DNA from: Octopus sinensis
Taxonomy: Eukaryota
Direction: 5' to 3'
Assembly (NCBI RefSeq): GCF_006345805.1
Contig: NW_021836830.1
Span: 1-37,174, forward strand
Length of the DNA: 37,174 bases
Shown: piece after piece, positions 36,944-37,174 of the stretch
How the letters are laid out: each line of letters starts with the position of its first letter
Position numbering within the stretch: position 1 is the first letter of the stretch
The notes under the pieces: generated by a model
Databases searched by the model: none
What the model saw: the letters and a program-made list of their open reading frames with translations, nothing else
What the model was told of the DNA's origin: nothing
Made by a program: the position numbers and the translations under genes

Positions 36944-37121
36944 TTCACTTCATAACTTTAAATTGAATGGAAGATATGAAATCCACCTGATGAATGTCAT
37001 TTGAAGACAGGAAACAATTGTAGTGGCGATTTATTTACTTATATTAAAATTTTTTTTTATGTATTGATTAAGTCTTTCCTTGTTTGATTTACAAAATAGT
37101 GGTTTTGTCTCTAATTAATAT

Positions 37122-37126
<5 letters not shown>
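36912..37126 (+). mobile_element. Penelope-like terminal fragment with an inverted 5' end
   Basis: Palindrome arm, hammerhead motif, ATTAAA, T-rich tail and then (TA)n. Confidence 0.6.
36979..37032 (+). ncRNA. Type I hammerhead ribozyme motif (minimal, dimer-type)
   Basis: AAAT-CCAC - CTGATGA - A TGTC ATTTGAA GACA G - GAAA - C AATT G - TA - GTGG-CG-ATTT. Stem III plus loop is the perfect palindrome ACAATTGT, the triplet is GUA, and an A-G mismatch sits at the base of stem II. Confidence 0.8.
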
Positions 37127-37171
<45 letters not shown>

Positions 37172-37174
37172 ATA

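Overview
This is AT-rich, microsatellite-dense eukaryotic genomic DNA, not prokaryotic. From recall of the SINE and LINE families it is most likely an octopus (coleoid cephalopod); no search was run to confirm this. Most of the window is intron-like DNA filled with transposon relics: a near full-length but inactivated RTE-clade LINE with two C-terminal C2H2 fingers (about 12805-16346), an older RTE LINE (about 22540-25110), CR1-like and Penelope-like fragments, a Tc1/mariner fragment and at least four tRNA-derived SINE families. The only credible host-gene signal is a minus-strand exon carrying an ATG (29795-29946), with a candidate non-coding exon and GC-richer promoter-like region upstream. 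The best observations are: (1) two type I hammerhead ribozyme motifs with Penelope-style palindromic stem III (9503-9582 minus, 36979-37032 plus), the second next to a perfect 64-bp palindrome; (2) a SINE whose body and tail match the 5' UTR and 3' end of the neighbouring RTE LINE; (3) a 1.4-kb composite of two old tandem arrays (32080-33510) carrying a repeated AP-1/E-box overlap motif upstream of the putative gene. No complete new system can be shown from the sequence alone. Most short ORFs in the track are microsatellite or SINE artefacts, and boundaries of old elements are approximate.
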